In this document: positions 59,894 through 64,000 of the stretch, piece by piece
Position numbering within the stretch: position 1 is the stretch's first letter
How the letters are laid out: every line of letters starts with the position of its first letter
Origin: Rhodospirillales bacterium
GTDB taxonomy: Bacteria > Pseudomonadota > Alphaproteobacteria > Kiloniellales > JAKSDN01
Length of the DNA: 64,000 bases
Assembly (NCBI GenBank): GCA_965225935.1
Contig: CBDDCC010000015.1
Coordinates: 85,521-149,520 of the forward strand
Direction: 5' to 3'
Made by a program: the position numbers and the translations under genes
The notes under the pieces: generated by a model
Told to the model about the DNA's origin: nothing
Database searches by the model: none
Seen by the model: the letters and a program-made list of their open reading frames with translations, nothing else

Positions 59894-61093
59894 ATGGCGG
59901 ACACCCTCCTGGTCCTCAATGCCGGCTCCTCGAGCCTCAAGTTCGCTCTCTACGAGGCGCCCGGAGACACGCGCGCGGATCCGGCGCTCAGCCTGCGCGG
60001 CCAGATCGAGGGCATCGGCCGCGGCGCCCGCTTCGATCTCGCGCCCGCCGGAGAGGGCGACGGCCCCGCCCCGCCGCGGGAGGCGGAGATCGCCGGCATC
60101 GCCGACCACGACGGCGCGCTTTCCGTGCTGCTCGACTGGCTCGAGGGCACGGCCGGGGCGACACAGCTGGTTGCAGCCGGTCACCGGGTGGTGCACGGCG
60201 GGCCGGCGAACCGCGGGCACTGCCGCGTCACGCCGGCGCTGTTGGAGGAACTGGCCGGCTACGCCCCCCTCGCCCCCCACCACCAGCCCCACAACGTGGC
60301 CGCCATCCGTGCCGTGGCGGCGCGGCGGCCGGGCCTCGCCCAGGTGGCCTGCTTCGACACCGCCTTCCACGCCGGCCAGCCAGCGGCGGCGGCGCGCCTG
60401 CCGCTGCCACGCGATTATTGGAACAAGGGCCTGCGGCGCTACGGCTTCCACGGCCTCTCCTACGAATATGTGACCGGTGCCCTGCCCGCGGTCTCCGGTG
60501 CTCCGCTGCCGAGCCGTCTGGTGATCGCCCATCTCGGCAACGGCGCCAGCCTCGCCGCCGTCCAGGACGGACAGGGCATCGCCACCACCATGGGCTTCTC
60601 CACCCTCGACGGCCTGGTCATGGGCACCCGCTGCGGTTCCCTCGACCCCGGCGTGCTGCTCCACCTCATGCGCGAGGAGGGGCTCGGCGAGCCGGAGCTG
60701 AGCGACCTGCTCTACAACCGTTCGGGCCTGCTTGGGGTCTCGGGCCTCAGCGCCGACATGCGCGCCCTGCTGGAAAGCGACGACCCGGCGGCCGCCGAGG
60801 CGGTGGAGCTCTTCTGCTACCGGATCGTGCGCGAGCTGGGCTCGCTCGCCGCCGCCTTGGGTGGCCTCGACGCCCTGGTGTTCACCGCCGGCATCGGCGC
60901 CCATGCGGCCGAGGTGCGCTGCCGGGTCTGCTCCGCCTCGGCCTGGCTGGGCATCGCCGTCGACGAGGCCGCCAACATGCGCCACGGCCCGCGCATCAGC
61001 GCCGCGGCGAGCCCGGTCGCGGTCTGGGTCCTGCCGACCGACGAGGAACTGGTGATCGCCCGCCACACCCTGGCGCTGGCGGCGGCGGTCTGA
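59894..61093 (+). CDS. ackA: acetate kinase
   Basis: 399 aa. LVLNAGSSSLKFALY N-terminus, HRVVHGG, IAHLGNGASL, and DTTMGFSTLDGLVMGTRCG-type blocks. Confidence 0.9.
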   Translation: MADTLLVLNAGSSSLKFALYEAPGDTRADPALSLRGQIEGIGRGARFDLAPAGEGDGPAPPREAEIAGIADHDGALSVLLDWLEGTAGATQLVAAGHRVVHGGPANRGHCRVTPALLEELAGYAPLAPHHQPHNVAAIRAVAARRPGLAQVACFDTAFHAGQPAAAARLPLPRDYWNKGLRRYGFHGLSYEYVTGALPAVSGAPLPSRLVIAHLGNGASLAAVQDGQGIATTMGFSTLDGLVMGTRCGSLDPGVLLHLMREEGLGEPELSDLLYNRSGLLGVSGLSADMRALLESDDPAAAEAVELFCYRIVRELGSLAAALGGLDALVFTAGIGAHAAEVRCRVCSASAWLGIAVDEAANMRHGPRISAAASPVAVWVLPTDEELVIARHTLALAAAV

Positions 61094-62089
61094 TCAGTCG
61101 GGCGCGGCGAGGCGTTCTCGCGCCAGCACGCCGGTGAGGCAGCCGATGGCGCCGGCCGCCTTGGCCAGCTCGCTTGCCGGCGTCGCGACGCAGGCGATCC
61201 CGAGGGATTCGTAGAAACCTTGCGTCGCCGGGTTGCCCGCCACCATGAGGATCCGCCGCGGACCCAGGGTGACGAAGTTGAGGGCGCGGCTGCGCTCGGC
61301 CTCTTCCGCGTCCGGCAGGAAGGCGACCTCGACACCCCGATCGCGCAGCGCCATGACGGCGGCATGGGGCGTGCGCCGGGGCCAGGCTATCGCGAGATCC
61401 CGGTCGACGATCCGCAGCATGCCCATGAGATGCATGGTGCCGTAGGGCATGTCGACCGCCAGCACCGTGACGCCGATCTCCGCCAGCAGGGCCGTGATCT
61501 GCTCGATGGCGGCCTGGTTGGTTCTGAGCCCCCGGCCGATGACCGCGGTCTCGGGATCGAGCCACATGAGGTCCGCCCCCTCGAAGGTCGCCCGGCCGGT
61601 CAGGGTCTTCAGGATCGGCACGCCGAGCGCCGCAAGGCGACGTGCCACCCAACGCTCCTCGCCCGCGCGCACGGCCGCGGCCGGACGCGCCAGGACCGCG
61701 CCCTCGGGCGTCATGACGAAGAGGTCGGCGCAGAACATGAGGTTGGGCGAGACCGGCGGCTCCGGGTCGAGTTCGTGCACCCGCACGCCCTCGTCCCGGT
61801 AGCAGGCGGCCATGGCCTCGTGCTCGGCCTGGGCCCGGCCGAGATCGAGGTTGTCCAGCAGAAGGGCTGCATCCGGGTCGTCCTGCGCCGCCGTCAGCTC
61901 CGGCCCGGGCCGGTGCAGCAGCACCGCCCGAAGCGGCGCCCACTCGCTGTCCAGGCCGCAGTCGGCCCAAAGGCTCCCGATCTCTTCCCGGTGGCTCAGC
62001 TCGCGCGACCGCCAGCCCGCGCCGCCGTAAGCCGCGGCGCCGAAGCTGCCGCCCGCCTTTCCGCGCCCGCCTGGCCCCTCCGCGCTCAC
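61094..62089 (-). CDS. guanidino-group-modifying-enzyme fold hydrolase (arginine deiminase / DDAH / amidinotransferase superfamily)
   Basis: Track ORF 61094-62353 trimmed to GTG 62087-62089, which overlaps the upstream stop (GTGA); 331 aa. His context YGTMHLMGML and C-terminal Cys context AAGAIGCLTGVL fit the catalytic His/Cys of the superfamily. Confidence 0.65.
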   Translation of the reverse strand: MSAEGPGGRGKAGGSFGAAAYGGAGWRSRELSHREEIGSLWADCGLDSEWAPLRAVLLHRPGPELTAAQDDPDAALLLDNLDLGRAQAEHEAMAACYRDEGVRVHELDPEPPVSPNLMFCADLFVMTPEGAVLARPAAAVRAGEERWVARRLAALGVPILKTLTGRATFEGADLMWLDPETAVIGRGLRTNQAAIEQITALLAEIGVTVLAVDMPYGTMHLMGMLRIVDRDLAIAWPRRTPHAAVMALRDRGVEVAFLPDAEEAERSRALNFVTLGPRRILMVAGNPATQGFYESLGIACVATPASELAKAAGAIGCLTGVLARERLAAPD

Positions 62090-63594
62090 GACGCAGCGCT
62101 GCGGTTGGCGGCGACGTTGGCCCGGATCACACCGGCCAGCTTGGCGATGCCCGGCTCGATGCGCGCCGCCTCTATGGAGGAGAAGCCGAGGCGGAAGTGG
62201 TTCCGCGGCGGCGGGTCGGAACAGAAATGCATGGAGCCGGTCTCGACGATGATGCCGGCCCTGAGCGCCTCGAGCGCCAGCCGGTCGGCGTCGAGATCCT
62301 CCGGCCCGCGGATCCAGTAGGAGGTGCCGCCGAAGGAGGGCGTCGCGGCGCACTCGGGCAGGTGGCGGGCGAGCGCCTCACCCATGGCCTGCCAGCGCTC
62401 CCGATAGGCGCGCTGCAGGCGGTGGATCAGGGCCTCGTAGTAGCCGCCCGAGATGAAGAGCGCGAGGGTGCGCTGGTTGTTGCTGGGCGGGTGGCGCAGC
62501 GCCAGGCGCCTCAAGAGCCGCGCCTCGCGGATCAGGTCCGCCGGTCCCACCAGGAAGCCGATCCTGAGGCCCGGCGCCAGGCTCTTGGAGAAGGAGCCCA
62601 CGTAGACCACGGCGTGCTCCTTGTCCATGGATTTGAGCGCCGGGGTCGGCGCGCTGATGAAGTTTGCCTCGGGCTCGTAGTCGTCCTCGATCAGCGAGAC
62701 GTCGTGACGGTTGGCCAGCTCCAGCAGCCGGACCCGGCGTTCGAGAGGCATGGTGACCGTGGTCGGCGCCTGGTGGCTCGGGGTCACGTAGACGCAGTCG
62801 CAGGCCGCCAGGCGCTCGTCCACCTGCATGCCGTTCTCGTCGACCGGCAGGGGCACGATCTCGGCCCCGGTCATGGCGAAGATGTTGCGGGCGTCCACGT
62901 AGCCCGGGTCCTCGAAGCCGAGACGGGTCTTGCGGCCTGCCAGGAGTTGGGCGATCAGGTAGAGCGCGTTCTGGGCGCCCAGCGTGATCAGGATCTCGTC
63001 GGGCGCGGCGCGCACGCCCCGGCGCGGCAGCACCCGGGTTCGGATCTCCTCCACCAGGTGCGGGTCGTCCTCGAGGAAGCTGTCCTCGGCCCAGCTCTCG
63101 ATCGACAGCAGGCTGAGCGCCTGGCGCGAGCACATGCGCCAGGCCGCCACGGGGAACAGCTTGGGGTCGACCTGGCCGTAGATGAAGGGATAGGGCACCC
63201 GGCGCCAGTTCTTGGGCTTGCGGATGTGGTCGAACTCGCTAGGCCGCACCTTGAGGCGCCGCTGCCAGTCGACCGCGTTCCAGTTCGCTGCCGCGGGCGG
63301 CGCGGCCCGGGGGGCCGGCGGGTCGGCCGAGGTCCGTTCCTCGATGACCTCGGGATCGACGAAATAGCCAACCCGCTCGCGGGAGATCAGGAAACCCTCG
63401 TCGGCCAGCGCCTGGTAGGCCAGCACCACGGTGTTGCGCGAGACGCCGAGGGCCTGGGCAAGGCCGCGCGAGGAGGGCAAGGGGCTCTCCGTCGAGAGGC
63501 GGCCGTCGAGGATGGCATCCATCAAGTGCCGCCTCAGCTGGGTCTGCAGACTGACCGCGCCGCCGTGCTGCAATGGGAAGATGAGGTCGCGCAC
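62086..63594 (-). CDS. MocR-subfamily GntR regulator (wHTH fused to a PLP-aminotransferase-like domain), TauR-like candidate
   Basis: 502 aa with a GTG start. wHTH LPSSRGLAQALGVSRNTVVLAYQALADEGFL. Fold-type-I aminotransferase-like body with VYVGSFSKSLAPGLRIGFL (PLP-Lys context). Confidence 0.85.
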   Translation of the reverse strand: MRDLIFPLQHGGAVSLQTQLRRHLMDAILDGRLSTESPLPSSRGLAQALGVSRNTVVLAYQALADEGFLISRERVGYFVDPEVIEERTSADPPAPRAAPPAAANWNAVDWQRRLKVRPSEFDHIRKPKNWRRVPYPFIYGQVDPKLFPVAAWRMCSRQALSLLSIESWAEDSFLEDDPHLVEEIRTRVLPRRGVRAAPDEILITLGAQNALYLIAQLLAGRKTRLGFEDPGYVDARNIFAMTGAEIVPLPVDENGMQVDERLAACDCVYVTPSHQAPTTVTMPLERRVRLLELANRHDVSLIEDDYEPEANFISAPTPALKSMDKEHAVVYVGSFSKSLAPGLRIGFLVGPADLIREARLLRRLALRHPPSNNQRTLALFISGGYYEALIHRLQRAYRERWQAMGEALARHLPECAATPSFGGTSYWIRGPEDLDADRLALEALRAGIIVETGSMHFCSDPPPRNHFRLGFSSIEAARIEPGIAKLAGVIRANVAANRSAAS

Positions 63595-63620
63595 CGCTTG
63601 GCCTCAAACCTCGTGGTCAA

Positions 63621-63653
63621 CTGGTCCTTTCTGGCACCAGCCCTGGACTCTAA
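63621..63653 (+). promoter_or_regulatory. CTGG-N6 direct repeats in the MocR / Mo-oxidoreductase divergent spacer
   Basis: CTGGTCCTTT (63621), CTGGCACCAG (63631), CTGGACTCTAA (63643). Lies between the regulator start (63594) and the oxidoreductase ATG (63737). Confidence 0.4.
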
Positions 63654-63736
63654 GATTGTGCCGCAATGGGTACAAGCATGCCGGCCGGCGGCGGGGCGCG
63701 CCGGAACGGCGGTGGGGTCGGGTCGAAAAAGCGTCG

Positions 63737-64000
63737 ATGAGCGGGATCAAGCGGACGGTCGACACCTCGCCGGAGGTCTCCGACGAGGTCAAGTGCACGA
63801 CCTGCTACATGTGCGCCTGTCGTTGTGGCATCAAGGTGCACCTGAAGGACGGCGCCATCCGCTACATCGAGGGCAACCGTGACCACCCGGTGAACCGGGG
63901 CGTGCTCTGCGCCAAGGGTTCGGCCGGTATCATGCAGCATTACTCGCCTGCGCGCCTGCAAAAGCCGCTCAAGCGGGTCGGCGAGCGAGGCAAGGCCGAG
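63737..64000 (+). CDS. molybdopterin (bis-MGD) oxidoreductase catalytic subunit, 5' partial, no Tat leader
   Basis: My own translation from ATG 63737 gives MSGIKRTVDTSPEVSDEVKCTTCYMCACRCGIKVHLKDGAIRYIEGNRDHPVNRGVLCAKGSAGIMQHYSPARLQKPLKRVGERGKAE. This is the 4Fe-4S Mo/W bis-MGD N-terminal Cys cluster (CxxCxxxC...C). It runs off the window end and so is absent from the ORF track. Confidence 0.8.
   Translation, partial: MSGIKRTVDTSPEVSDEVKCTTCYMCACRCGIKVHLKDGAIRYIEGNRDHPVNRGVLCAKGSAGIMQHYSPARLQKPLKRVGERGKAE

Noticed and set aside
58217-61066. 949-aa ORF on the minus strand
   Set aside because: It is antisense to xsc and ackA, which have clear catalytic motifs. Its composition is low-complexity Arg/Ala/Gly.

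Overview
High-GC (about two thirds G+C by eye) chromosomal segment with alphaproteobacterial character: an rlpA-dac-tmk-holB-metG-tatD housekeeping block, TRAP and ABC importers, and LysR/MocR/OmpR regulators. I support about 55 protein genes, one tRNA-Ser(UGA), and no rRNA, CRISPR array or intact mobile element. Blocks: (1) 0.1-1.9 kb: metallophosphoesterase, atypical PAPS-reductase-like gene, tRNA-Ser. (2) 1.9-10.3 kb: visibly lower-GC catabolic module (LysR regulator, TRAP transporter, two convergent PuuE-type deacetylase-fold paralogues, GAF protein) bracketed by integrase and IS scars. (3) 13.0-26.2 kb: complete Xps-type type II secretion (T2SS) cluster. gspK is displaced and inverted, a Tat-signal PhoX-like gene sits in the gspK slot, and the secretin carries a lipobox. 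(4) 26.2-29.8 kb: TPR-sulfotransferase, methyltransferase, small membrane and periplasmic proteins. (5) 29.8-36.8 kb: PAS-rich hybrid histidine kinase with its own binding protein, nitronate monooxygenase, DUF1127 protein, orphan OmpR-type regulator. (6) 37.1-42.7 kb: PotABCD-like ABC importer followed by three uncharacterised small proteins. (7) 42.8-53.9 kb: cell-wall and housekeeping genes. (8) 54.3-55.3 kb: compositionally atypical epimerase islet. (9) 56.2-64.0 kb: amidase, xsc-ackA (sulfoacetaldehyde to acetate plus sulfite), a guanidino-modifying-enzyme-fold hydrolase translationally coupled to a MocR (TauR-like) regulator, and the 5' end of a leaderless Mo-bisMGD oxidoreductase (SoeA-like candidate). 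The two best leads are the rearranged T2SS with embedded PhoX-like cargo, and the organosulfonate module whose two control regions share phased CTGG repeats. Many long ORFs in the track are GC-driven shadow frames and were discarded. All functional calls rest on motifs I recognised by eye; no database search was possible.
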